Below are positions 10,343-19,009 of a stretch of 32,000 nucleotides of DNA, piece after piece. Where the stretch lies: the NCBI RefSeq assembly GCF_000196355.1, contig NC_007614.1, positions 2,010,001 through 2,042,000 of the forward strand. Reading direction: 5' to 3'. A program made the position numbers and the translations under genes. The notes under the pieces are model-generated. The model had not been told where the DNA came from. It saw only the letters and a list, made by a program, of their open reading frames with translations, and made no database searches. How positions within the stretch are numbered: the stretch's first letter is position 1; every line of letters starts with the position of its first letter. The DNA is from Nitrosospira multiformis ATCC 25196. GTDB lineage: Bacteria > Pseudomonadota > Gammaproteobacteria > Burkholderiales > Nitrosomonadaceae.

Positions 10343-11002
10343 ATGAATGACGATCTCAAGGGCAGGCTCGAAGCAATCGATGCGGATTGCGAAAGAGCAG
10401 CTAAAGCGGAACTTGACAAACTATTCGAAACTGCTCCTTCCACAGGGTCGGCTTCGCGCGGTCCATCTCCTCAAGCTGCGGAGGCGATCTGGCTCAGGCT
10501 GATCGGATGCAAGGAGGAGGGATTCATACAGGAAATAAGGACTGCGAAACAGAAGAAGATCGGTGGGAGCTCTATGGGCTCGGCCGGGGAAGCGAAGTCT
10601 GTGGAGAAAGCAGTCAATGACTTATTGGCGGATGAACGATACCTTGCGCGCATGCGCGACTTTTATACGCAGGTGGCTGGGGAAACAGTTCCGGAAACTT
10701 CGCAAGCGCAAGCAAAGCGCCTGGATCTTATCGATACCACTTATCGGACAGGGGTCGAGAATGCGTTGCGGCGAGCGCGGGAGAACGTTCTCTTCGAACT
10801 GAGCTTGAACCGCGCAAGCAAGGAGGATGATGCGGCTTTTCTCTCGCAATGGAAACAATACTCCACCCTGAGCCCCTGGCGAGCAATCTGGACAATCATC
10901 CTGCTAAGCTTGACGTCATATCTTATCGCATTCATCATTGCCAGCGAGGCGTTCAGAGCTCTACTGGAGCGCTTTGGCTGGTCTACCGGCACGGGAATGT
11001 GA
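10343..11002 (+). CDS. Hypothetical protein with C-terminal transmembrane segment
   Basis: MNDDLKGRLEAIDADCERAAKAELDKLFETAP...FLSQWKQYSTLSPWRAIWTIILLSLTSYLIAFIIASEAFRALLERFG; internal ATG preferred over the 10262 start. Confidence 0.6.
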   Translation: MNDDLKGRLEAIDADCERAAKAELDKLFETAPSTGSASRGPSPQAAEAIWLRLIGCKEEGFIQEIRTAKQKKIGGSSMGSAGEAKSVEKAVNDLLADERYLARMRDFYTQVAGETVPETSQAQAKRLDLIDTTYRTGVENALRRARENVLFELSLNRASKEDDAAFLSQWKQYSTLSPWRAIWTIILLSLTSYLIAFIIASEAFRALLERFGWSTGTGM

Positions 11003-11076
11003 AAAATAGCCGGTGGAACCCCGCATAACCAGATTATCCCGAGCGATACCGGTCCCTCTCGAACTGCCAAACACTA

Positions 11077-11574
11077 CTACATTGCATTCAAATCCTGGAT
11101 TGCATCGATGACCATTCCAGTTCCTACCGCAATCAGAAGTATGTCGATTCCCACTCGAACGTAACGGTAGCCCGGGGCAGGATAGCCCAGTTGCTGCAGC
11201 AAAACGGGAGGCAAGTCATAAAAAACAACGTCGCGGGGTAACGGATAACCCGTTCTCCATCTCTTCGCCTGTCCCGGTGGCATGCAATCGTTATATTTTT
11301 TTGCCAAACCGGGGGGACAGTGCCCCCGTTGAAAACGCGGGGCATAATAGTTGTGAGCAATGGCACGCTGCCGGTCATCAAAATAGTAATGGCTGTGGTT
11401 GTTGCCACCTCTGTGGTTTTTCCCGTCCTTGCCTTTGTTCCAATTTTTTCCTTCGTGACCGTGCCGGCCAGGATGACCGTCATCTTTCCACTTATCAGCC
11501 GATACAGGCGGGGAGATCGAAAACATCGAGAGAGCAAAAGCCGGAGCCAGGAATGCCAGGAATATTTTTTGCAT
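11077..11574 (-). CDS. Exported His/Gly/Lys-rich protein, RcnB-like C-terminus
   Basis: Signal peptide MQKIFLAFLAPAFALSMFSISPPVSA; HCPPGLAKKYNDCMPPGQAKRW...PAPGYRYVRVGIDILLIAVGTGMVIDAIQDL resembles RcnB-type proteins. Confidence 0.65.
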   Translation of the reverse strand: MQKIFLAFLAPAFALSMFSISPPVSADKWKDDGHPGRHGHEGKNWNKGKDGKNHRGGNNHSHYYFDDRQRAIAHNYYAPRFQRGHCPPGLAKKYNDCMPPGQAKRWRTGYPLPRDVVFYDLPPVLLQQLGYPAPGYRYVRVGIDILLIAVGTGMVIDAIQDLNAM

Positions 11575-11622
11575 AATTATCCGGGGAAATCACAAATTTT
11601 GCGGCACGAAAGCTCGCAGGGA

Positions 11623-12246
11623 TCAATTCTCGAGCCAACTTTCCAGTTTCGAGCGGAAATCCTCAAATGAATAATAGCCTCTGGTCAATACCGCGTAATC
11701 CCTGTCCTCCTGCCCGACCACAGCGGGAAATCCGTGCACCCTCCACTGGCGGACTTTTTGAAAATGGACAAGGGTCAATTCCTTTACGGCATCGGATTCG
11801 AATACCTGAGAGAAAAGTTGGGCATCCAGTCCTGCAACAACGGCCAGGCGTTCCAGTATCTCTTGCCGGGTCACATCCTGCTGATCGACATAAAACGCAG
11901 ACTGAATGGTCTTGAAAAATGGGAATACTGAATCAGGACTGATCCGGGAAGCGGCGATAACTGCACGGCTTGGAGGCTCCGTATCGTAGATAAAGCCTTC
12001 CGGCATTGCACCTTCGAAGCTGAACGGCTGTCCTGTTGCACGCTGTACGGCATGCCAGTGATGGAGTATTTCCTCACGCTGTTGAGGAGGCAGGGGAGTT
12101 TTGGTCCCGGCGCGCAATCCGCCCAGCAATAACTCCATCCTCAGGCGATCGCCATACTCCTGCCGGATTCTCTCGATCACGGGCGAAAATCCCCAGCACC
12201 AGGAACACATCGGATCGGCGACATACCAGAGGATTTTTTCGTTCAT
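11623..12246 (-). CDS. DsbA family thioredoxin-fold protein
   Basis: ILWYVADPMCSWCWGFSPVIERIRQEYGDRL (CSWC motif) ... WRVHGFPAVVG. Confidence 0.86.
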   Translation of the reverse strand: MNEKILWYVADPMCSWCWGFSPVIERIRQEYGDRLRMELLLGGLRAGTKTPLPPQQREEILHHWHAVQRATGQPFSFEGAMPEGFIYDTEPPSRAVIAASRISPDSVFPFFKTIQSAFYVDQQDVTRQEILERLAVVAGLDAQLFSQVFESDAVKELTLVHFQKVRQWRVHGFPAVVGQEDRDYAVLTRGYYSFEDFRSKLESWLEN

Positions 12247-12377
12247 GAGGGTAACACGCGAGATTACTTCGACTGAGCAGGTTCAGGAAAGCAATGTTCC
12301 AGTCGCACTCTGAACCGCCGCGCGTATTTTTCCGGTCGCACGTCAGTCACCGGAAGAAAACAGAGAAAGAAACCGGC

Positions 12378-14189
12378 CTACGCCGCGCGCGCCGCTTTCC
12401 TGCGTTCGTGCTCCTGCAACAGACGCTTGCGGATACGAATGGTTTTAGGCGTAATCTCCACAAGTTCGTCATCCGCGATGAATTCGATAGCCGATTCCAG
12501 GGTGAGCTGGATGGGCGGTGTCAGAACGACGGCTTCATCACTTCCGGACGCCCGTATATTCGTGAGCTGCTTGCCTTTGATCGGGTTGACCACCAGATCA
12601 TTGTCACGGCTGTGGATACCGATCACCATTCCTTCATACAGGCGCTCCCCCGGGCTGACAAACATGCGTCCACGTTCCTGCAATTTCCACAAGGCGTACG
12701 CCACCGCTTCACCCTGCTCGGCGGATATCAGAACCCCATTGCGACGTGCGGTTATTTCAGGACGCATGGGAGCATATTCGTCGAATACATGGCTCATGAG
12801 ACCCGTGCCGCGCGTCATGGTCAGGAATTCCGATTGAAAGCCGATCAGACCCCGGGCGGGAATGCGATAATCGAGTCTCACTCTCCCCCGCTCATCGGAA
12901 ACCATATCCTGCAGATCGCCGCGCCGCGCCCCCAGCGCCTCCATCACCGCGCCCTGATGCGCCTCCTCAACATCCACCGTAAGCATCTCAAAGGGCTCGC
13001 ATTTGACACCGTCAATCTCGCGAATCACGACGTGGGGCCGCGACACCGCCAGTTCATAGCCTTCGCGCCGCATGTTCTCCAGCAGAATGGTGAGATGCAA
13101 CTCGCCCCGGCCTGAAACCAGGAAAGAGTCGGTATCCTTGGTCTCCTCCAACTTCATGGCAACGTTGGTCAGCAACTCCTTTTCCAGTCGTTCGCGCAGT
13201 TGCCGGCTGGTGACAAATTTCCCTTCCTTTCCTGCAAAAGGTGAAGTATTCACCTGAAAATTCATGGTGAGCGTAGGCTCGTCCACGGCAAGCATGGGCA
13301 ATGCCTCAGGCTCGTCGATATCGGCAAGTGTGGCGCCGATACTCAACTCTTCGACGCCATTGATGAGGACGATGTCACCCGCCAATGCCTCGGCAAGCTG
13401 GACGCGTTCAATGCCCCGGAAGCCCAGAACCTGGTTGACCCTCGCTTTCCTGGGCGGATTGCTCCCCGCCAGCACAGTGATATCCTGACCGGGTTTAAGC
13501 CTTCCACGATTGATGCGTCCAATACCGATGCGTCCCACGAAACTGGAATAATCCAGCGCGCTGATCTGGAGTTGCAGTGGACCATCAACATCCTCCTCCG
13601 GTGCTCTGACATGACTGAGGATCGTGTCGAAAAGCGGGCGCATATTGATGCCCGGCTGTTTCAGGTCGAGCGTGGCGTAACCGTTGAGCGCCGAAGCATA
13701 CACAACCGGAAAATCAAGCTGTTCTTCATTTGCGCCCAGCTTGTCGAACAGATCGAAGGTCTGGTTTACTACCCAATCCGGCCGTGCGCCGGGCCGATCG
13801 ACCTTGTTGATGACGACGATCGGACGCAGTCCCAGCGAGAGCGCCTTCCTGGTAACAAAGCGCGTCTGCGGCATCGGACCTTCCACCGCATCCACCAGCA
13901 ACAGCACTCCATCAACCATGGATAAGACACGCTCCACTTCACCCCCGAAATCGGCATGACCCGGCGTATCCACGATATTGATATGCACGCCTTCGTAATC
14001 GGCTGCGCAATTCTTTGCAAGGATAGTGATGCCGCGCTCGCGCTCGATATCATTGGAATCCATCACGCGTTCGGCGATGTGCTGATGTGCCGCGAAGGAG
14101 CCGGCCTGATGCAGCAGTTTATCCACCAGTGTCGTCTTTCCATGATCGACGTGAGCGATTATGGCGATATTGCGCAGGGAACGAGGCAT
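12378..14189 (-). CDS. typA: Ribosome-associated translational GTPase TypA/BipA
   Basis: [20 protein letters not shown]...[14 protein letters not shown]...[14 protein letters not shown]...INKVDRP...[34 protein letters not shown]. Confidence 0.98.
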   Translation of the reverse strand: MPRSLRNIAIIAHVDHGKTTLVDKLLHQAGSFAAHQHIAERVMDSNDIERERGITILAKNCAADYEGVHINIVDTPGHADFGGEVERVLSMVDGVLLLVDAVEGPMPQTRFVTRKALSLGLRPIVVINKVDRPGARPDWVVNQTFDLFDKLGANEEQLDFPVVYASALNGYATLDLKQPGINMRPLFDTILSHVRAPEEDVDGPLQLQISALDYSSFVGRIGIGRINRGRLKPGQDITVLAGSNPPRKARVNQVLGFRGIERVQLAEALAGDIVLINGVEELSIGATLADIDEPEALPMLAVDEPTLTMNFQVNTSPFAGKEGKFVTSRQLRERLEKELLTNVAMKLEETKDTDSFLVSGRGELHLTILLENMRREGYELAVSRPHVVIREIDGVKCEPFEMLTVDVEEAHQGAVMEALGARRGDLQDMVSDERGRVRLDYRIPARGLIGFQSEFLTMTRGTGLMSHVFDEYAPMRPEITARRNGVLISAEQGEAVAYALWKLQERGRMFVSPGERLYEGMVIGIHSRDNDLVVNPIKGKQLTNIRASGSDEAVVLTPPIQLTLESAIEFIADDELVEITPKTIRIRKRLLQEHERRKAARAA

Positions 14190-14350
14190 AAAGGTTCGTA
14201 GGCTTACAATGTCAAAAGGGGCGGAATTATAACAGGTCGACGAGTGACATGCATGCTGACACCGGGGTGCCCATGAAGTTCCAAGATATCGCTGCCGGAG
14301 AAGATTTTCATGCTCTGAATCCAGGTGTAAAAAGCAGGCGGGAGATAAAC

Positions 14351-14370
14351 AAAAACCCGCGCGAGCGGGT
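14351..14370 (-). terminator. Rho-independent terminator on the minus strand
   Basis: Minus strand reads ACCCGC-TCGC-GCGGGTTTTTGTTT; lies about 125 bp downstream of the comEA-like gene. Confidence 0.72.
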
Positions 14371-14493
14371 CTTTGTCAAGTAGCGATCGTGCCGGCAGGT
14401 TATGCATTTCTGGAAACCGCCATGCCCTGCTGCCTGTCCTTCCTACCACCTCCATTATCTATCGCATTATCGCGCTCTAATATTGCGGCATCA

Positions 14494-14793
14494 TTACTTA
14501 CCCGCCGGCTTTGCCCCCACCTTCAGAACGGTCGGTCCGGCGACTGAAACATCCTTGTAGAGCTGCTTCATATCCAGATAGCGGGGATTGATGCCGTCTA
14601 CCTTTGTCAGGTCCTCCGCCGTCCTGAATTTGCCCGCCTTCGACCGGTATTCGATGATCGCCCGGGCTTTGGCGGAAGTAATACCATTCAAGGTCTGGAG
14701 CTCTTGCTGGGTAGCGGTATTGATATTGACAGCAGCATGAACACTGCCTGCGAAGATCAGCGGAGCTGAAATAATGATGAGCAGTTTGCCCAT
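14494..14793 (-). CDS. ComEA-like helix-hairpin-helix domain protein with signal peptide
   Basis: MGKLLIIISAPLIFAGSVHAAVNINTATQQELQTLNGITSAKARAIIEYRSKAGKFRTAEDLTKVDGI; start at CAT 14791-14793. Confidence 0.9.
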   Translation of the reverse strand: MGKLLIIISAPLIFAGSVHAAVNINTATQQELQTLNGITSAKARAIIEYRSKAGKFRTAEDLTKVDGINPRYLDMKQLYKDVSVAGPTVLKVGAKPAGK

Positions 14794-14925
14794 GGTTTTC
14801 TCCTCTTTGTATGAATGAATTGCGGTTGCACGACATTCGGGCAAACCGCCCGAATTTTTTCAACACCCCCGATCTGGCAGGAGGCAGGTTTAAACCCGTA
14901 CGATATTGATGGACAATCAACCTCC

Positions 14926-15813
14926 CTAGAAACCCATTCCAATGTAGCCACCGGCGGTCATGCCATCGATCTTGATGCCATCGTTTCTGCCACTGGTCAG
15001 GTGATAGCGGCCATCGATACCGGCAAAGAAGTTTTTCCAGATCTGATAGTCGGCACCGACACCGAACATGACGCCGGGGATCAGTACCGTGATGGATTCG
15101 GAAGGCGGACTGATCACATGGAGACCAAGACCGGCGGGAATGATCCAGGGCCTGAAACGGGAACCCTCGAAAAATTTGATCTTGGGTGCCGCCGTCAAGG
15201 TGAACTGACTGACGTTCACGCCGGAACCCGGGGGAGGAAGCGCATTACTGGCTACCTTGCTGCCGAATTCCTTGTATTCAAACATGACTTCCGACATGAC
15301 ACTGGTGTTCGGCATCAGCCCCCAGACATCGTTTGTCAGATTAAAATCCAGTCCCGCGCCGATATACCACGCATTCCGATCCGCCTGACCTCCGGCACCG
15401 CCAATTCCCCCGCTTTGAATGGATACCCCGTTACGAAGATCGTTGCTACGCGCATAGCCACCCCGGAAAAAAACCATGTGGGCCTTTTGATCCGAAGTTC
15501 TTTCGACCGAAGCCCCACTCTCTTCGATTTTCGCAATCTTTTGCGCGTCCGCCGCCTGGCGTTTTTCTATCGACGTCGATTTCTGTTCGATCTGCATCAG
15601 CCTCTGCGCTTCCCGAGCGGATTCCGCTTTCACCTGGTTCAGCTCATTTCGAACGGCTTGCAGACTCATCTCCAGCTGCCTGAGTTGCTGCTCCAGCGCT
15701 TGCGTTCTGGCATCCTGGGCGGAAGCCGCGGGTGCAGCCACAGATATGACAATAACAAGCGAAGCAGCAGAAACGGCAGCAATCGATTGCATCTTGTCAA
15801 GAAAATACTTCAT
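14926..15813 (-). CDS. Putative outer-membrane beta-barrel protein with N-terminal coiled coil
   Basis: Signal peptide then EQQLRQLEMSLQAVRNELNQVKAESAREAQR..., then alternating strands (WYIGAGLDFNL...) ending YIGMGF with terminal aromatic residue. Confidence 0.72.
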   Translation of the reverse strand: MKYFLDKMQSIAAVSAASLVIVISVAAPAASAQDARTQALEQQLRQLEMSLQAVRNELNQVKAESAREAQRLMQIEQKSTSIEKRQAADAQKIAKIEESGASVERTSDQKAHMVFFRGGYARSNDLRNGVSIQSGGIGGAGGQADRNAWYIGAGLDFNLTNDVWGLMPNTSVMSEVMFEYKEFGSKVASNALPPPGSGVNVSQFTLTAAPKIKFFEGSRFRPWIIPAGLGLHVISPPSESITVLIPGVMFGVGADYQIWKNFFAGIDGRYHLTSGRNDGIKIDGMTAGGYIGMGF

Positions 15814-16131
15814 CTAATTTCCTCCATGATTGTTGTCGAATTTTGCTGGCTCCCTGTTTCCCTGGAATAGGAAAAGATGCGGGGAAAGTCCGTGTGCCGG
15901 CTGGACATTCTTGCGGCCGCGCTCCACCATCCACCCTGACCGCGATGCGGATCGCACTCCTGACGATAGCAACGGACTCGCGGTGATTCCGGGGAAGACC
16001 GGATGAGAATGCAGGAAAGAGGACGGACAGTGGCATCGGACGGGCTATTTGAGCTTCGAGTCAGGGAATATGGATAATCGGATTTTCATATCGCGAAAGC
16101 ATGATATGTCTTGCCCTCCAAAAAAGAGTTG

Positions 16132-16278
16132 ATGAATGTCATGTTCTGGTTGTTTTCCGGGAGCTCTATGCCATTAGGTTTTCTTCTCGCTGCCCTCGCT
16201 GCCGCTTACTGCCTTTTAACATGGCTGTATTCGCTTTCCAGCTCTGCCATCGCAGAGTCGATCATGCTTAAATCATAA
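16132..16278 (+). CDS. Possible 48-aa membrane microprotein
   Basis: Manual translation: MNVMFWLFSGSSMPLGFLLAALAAAYCLLTWLYSLSSSAIAESIMLKS*. One strong hydrophobic helix; weak Shine-Dalgarno. Confidence 0.3.
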   Translation: MNVMFWLFSGSSMPLGFLLAALAAAYCLLTWLYSLSSSAIAESIMLKS

Positions 16279-16487
16279 TGACAAAAATATATCCGAGACC
16301 GGAACGGACTGAATCAGGCAGGAAAATGTCCCGCCTCGAAATGAGACTCGCAAACGGGAAGACAGGAGAAGCGCAAGAGCTCTCTCCGGCACGGGAAGGG
16401 ATGACCCGGGAAGGGCATCACCTCAGGGCACTCAGCCCGGATTCAGCTAAAACAGATGGTGGAATTGTTCGGCAGTATTGCCGGTGA
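16278..16487 (+). CDS. Possible 69-aa polar protein, start overlapping the stop of the preceding ORF
   Basis: TAATG overlap at 16276-16280; MTKIYPRPERTESGRKMSRLEMRLANGKTGEAQELSPAREG.... No family recognised. Confidence 0.22.
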   Translation: MTKIYPRPERTESGRKMSRLEMRLANGKTGEAQELSPAREGMTREGHHLRALSPDSAKTDGGIVRQYCR

Positions 16488-16584
16488 ATGAGCAAAAAGC
16501 GGAAAGAAGGTGATCTCCGCCGAGCGGGGAACTGGCAGGGCCGCTCTGCAAAACCCGGTCGGCCCTGCCTAAGGTTACTTCACT

Positions 16585-17376
16585 TCAGAAGTAAAGGGAG
16601 GCGACGTTGGTTTGCCTCAAGGATCTTTGGGGTCTTTGGTTGGCAATCTGCTCAAGCCGCTTGATATCCTTGAGTTTGACATTACGGTATTCACTGCTGA
16701 TGAGGCCGTCGTCCTGAAACCGTGCAAATATGCGGCAGACGGTCTCTTCCGCAATACCGAGATAATTACCGATATCGCTGCGGGACATGCACAAGGTGAA
16801 TTCGGTGGCCGAACAATGCCGCTGTTCAAATTGCCTGGACAAGTTGAGCAGAAAAATGGCGATCCGCTCCTCGGCATTGTGTTTACCGAGCAGGAGCAGC
16901 AATTCCTGACCATGATGGATTTCGGCACTCATGATTTTGAGAATCTCATACTGAATGGCCGGATCCTTCTTGGCCAGTTCTTCGAAACGCTCGACGGAAA
17001 CCTCACATACTGAGGTCACTCCCATTGCCCTCGCTTCGCATTTATGCTCCCGATTACTGATGGCATTAAGTCCCAGCAGTTCCCCGGCTGCATGAAAACC
17101 CATTACTTGAACCTGCCCATCCTCAGTGCTCACGCAGGTTTTGACCGATCCCCCACGGATGACATAGATATACTCCAGCGGCTGGCCCATACGGTAAAGC
17201 ACTTCCCCACGCTTGAATACCTGCTTCTTTTTTACCACGCGCTCAAGCAGGGATGAATCGGCGGTTTTGAGCCAGAGGGACATACAAAGGTGATACGCCC
17301 CGCAATTCTTGCAATCATTGGGTACATCCGCGTGCTCCGTTGAGGAAGGTATCAGCTTGAGTGCGTGTTTTGACAT
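16585..17376 (-). CDS. fnr: FNR-type Crp family transcriptional regulator with candidate [4Fe-4S] cysteines
   Basis: N-terminal CKNCGAYHLC, core 'SVCEVSVERFEEL' cysteine at the position of E. coli FNR C122, LLLLLGKHNAEERIAIFLLNLSRQFEQR, HTH SRSDIGNYLGIAEETVCRIFARFQDDGLI. Start taken at MSKHALK. Confidence 0.92.
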   Translation of the reverse strand: MSKHALKLIPSSTEHADVPNDCKNCGAYHLCMSLWLKTADSSLLERVVKKKQVFKRGEVLYRMGQPLEYIYVIRGGSVKTCVSTEDGQVQVMGFHAAGELLGLNAISNREHKCEARAMGVTSVCEVSVERFEELAKKDPAIQYEILKIMSAEIHHGQELLLLLGKHNAEERIAIFLLNLSRQFEQRHCSATEFTLCMSRSDIGNYLGIAEETVCRIFARFQDDGLISSEYRNVKLKDIKRLEQIANQRPQRSLRQTNVASLYF

Positions 17377-17406
17377 GTGAGGACCTATAGGCAATAAATT
17401 GGATGG

Positions 17407-17877
17407 CTATGCCGGCAGCTCGATGTTGCCGAGAACCGCTCCGGGAAAATCCGTTAACTGATACTTGCCGCTTACCACCATCGCAGCCAAGGTATCCAGC
17501 GTCTGGCCTTGCAGAAGTTTCACGATTTCCTGCTTGATCGGCCACCATTTTGCGTGCATGGGACAAGCGGTGGTGTCGCTGCAAACTTTCAGCCCCAGAA
17601 CACAATCCTCCGTAAATCCCGGGCCCTCGGTGATCCTGACGATCTGCATCAGGTTAATCTTGTCACTGCTTTCCCGCAAGCAAAACCCCCCCTGCTTTCC
17701 ACGAAAAGAATACAAAAGGTTGCCCTTGCATAACTCCTGCAGAATCTTTGCGAGATAAGTAGGCGGCGACCTCAGGCATTCCGCTATTGTGCGATTCAGC
17801 ACAGCCACCCCGGGAGGCTGGGTTGCCATGTAGATGAGGGCCTGAATGGCATATTGGGTCGTACGCGAAAGAATCAT
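17407..17877 (-). CDS. Rrf2 family transcriptional regulator with three-cysteine cluster motif
   Basis: MILSRTTQYAIQALIYMATQPPG...TYLAKILQELCKGNLLYSFRGKQGGFCL...EDCVLGLKVCSDTTACPMHAKW. Confidence 0.9.
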   Translation of the reverse strand: MILSRTTQYAIQALIYMATQPPGVAVLNRTIAECLRSPPTYLAKILQELCKGNLLYSFRGKQGGFCLRESSDKINLMQIVRITEGPGFTEDCVLGLKVCSDTTACPMHAKWWPIKQEIVKLLQGQTLDTLAAMVVSGKYQLTDFPGAVLGNIELPA

Positions 17878-17929
17878 CGGGAACCGGAGAAAATACGGTG
17901 AATATTTAGAACTTTTTTAAGACCAATTC

Positions 17930-18781
17930 CTATATCAGCCAGTAAACAAATATGAACAGGCCCAGCCAGACCACGTCCACGAAGTGCCAATACCAGGCGA
18001 CGCCTTCAAAGCCGAAATGATTCTCGGGTGAAAAGTGGCCCTTCAGCACACGGCACCAGATGACGAACAACATAATGGAGCCGACCGTCACGTGGAAGCC
18101 GTGGAAGCCGGTCAGCATGAAGAACGAGGCGCCATAGGCTCCCGTAGTTAACTTGAGATTCATCTCCGAGTAGGCGTGCCCGTACTCGTACGCCTGCAGT
18201 CCCACGAAGAGAAATCCGAGGGCGAATGTAAGAAACAGGCCCAGTTTGAGCTGCCCGCGCTTGTTCAGCTTCAGTGCCCAGTGCGCCCAGGTGACGGTCA
18301 CGCCCGAGGTCAGCAGCAGCAGGGTATTGAGCGCGGGGAGACCCCAAGGCCCCATCGGCATGAATTTCTCGGTGATTCCGGGACCTGCCGTGGGCCATTC
18401 GGCGGTGAAGTCGGGCCACAGTATTTTGTTGTCCAGGTCGGCAAGGTCCGGAACGGAATGCATGCGCATGTAATACAGCGCGCCAAAAAAAGCCCCGAAA
18501 AACATGACTTCCGTAAAGATGAACCAGCTCATTCCCCAGCGGAAAGACTTATCGACCTGCTTGTTGAATTTGCCGCTCTCGCTTTCGCGGGCAACGGTGC
18601 TAAACCATCCGAAAAGCATGTAGACGAGTATGGCAAAGCCCGTCGCCAGCAATCCATAACCCAGGGGAAGCCGGTTGACGGAAAATGCGGCGCCGAAACC
18701 CATGAATAACAGCGCGATTGCACCGGTTATTGGCCAGGGTGACGGCGCCGGAACGTAGTAATGACTCGCTTCTTGACTCAC
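17930..18781 (-). CDS. coxC: Cytochrome c oxidase subunit III
   Basis: HYYVPAPSPWPITGAIALLFMGFG...RWGMSWFIFTEVMFFGAFFGALYYMR...GFHGFHVTVGSIMLFVIWCR...WYWHFVDVVWLGLFIFVYWL. Confidence 0.97.
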   Translation of the reverse strand: MSQEASHYYVPAPSPWPITGAIALLFMGFGAAFSVNRLPLGYGLLATGFAILVYMLFGWFSTVARESESGKFNKQVDKSFRWGMSWFIFTEVMFFGAFFGALYYMRMHSVPDLADLDNKILWPDFTAEWPTAGPGITEKFMPMGPWGLPALNTLLLLTSGVTVTWAHWALKLNKRGQLKLGLFLTFALGFLFVGLQAYEYGHAYSEMNLKLTTGAYGASFFMLTGFHGFHVTVGSIMLFVIWCRVLKGHFSPENHFGFEGVAWYWHFVDVVWLGLFIFVYWLI

Positions 18782-18835
18782 TTTTTTCTCTCTTTAGAGT
18801 TTGATCGATAAGATGCCGACTGGTTTCGACAGCAG

Positions 18836-18979
18836 CTATTGCCAAAAATATTGCATAAGGGGCACCACCAGAGAGAAAGCCAGCGCATAAAGAGCCGTTC
18901 TGATTGCTGAGAGCTTCCTCTCGATCTCCTCGTCTTCCGACAGGCTTACGGGTTGCGGCATATCCATATTTTTCGACAT
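18836..18979 (-). CDS. 47-aa single-TM protein between coxA and coxC, cytochrome oxidase small assembly-like
   Basis: Manual translation: MSKNMDMPQPVSLSEDEEIERKLSAIRTALYALAFSLVVPLMQYFWQ*. GGAG Shine-Dalgarno on the minus strand; below the size cutoff of the ORF track. Confidence 0.72.
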   Translation of the reverse strand: MSKNMDMPQPVSLSEDEEIERKLSAIRTALYALAFSLVVPLMQYFWQ

Positions 18980-19009
18980 GACGATCTCCTGTTTATATCG
19001 ATTAGCGGA

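Noticed and set aside
12294-13115. 273-aa plus-strand ORF
   Set aside because: Antisense to typA; codon-bias shadow.
14204-14455. 83-aa minus-strand ORF upstream of typA
   Set aside because: It spans the clear minus-strand terminator hairpin at 14351-14370 and has no recognisable family; likely chance.
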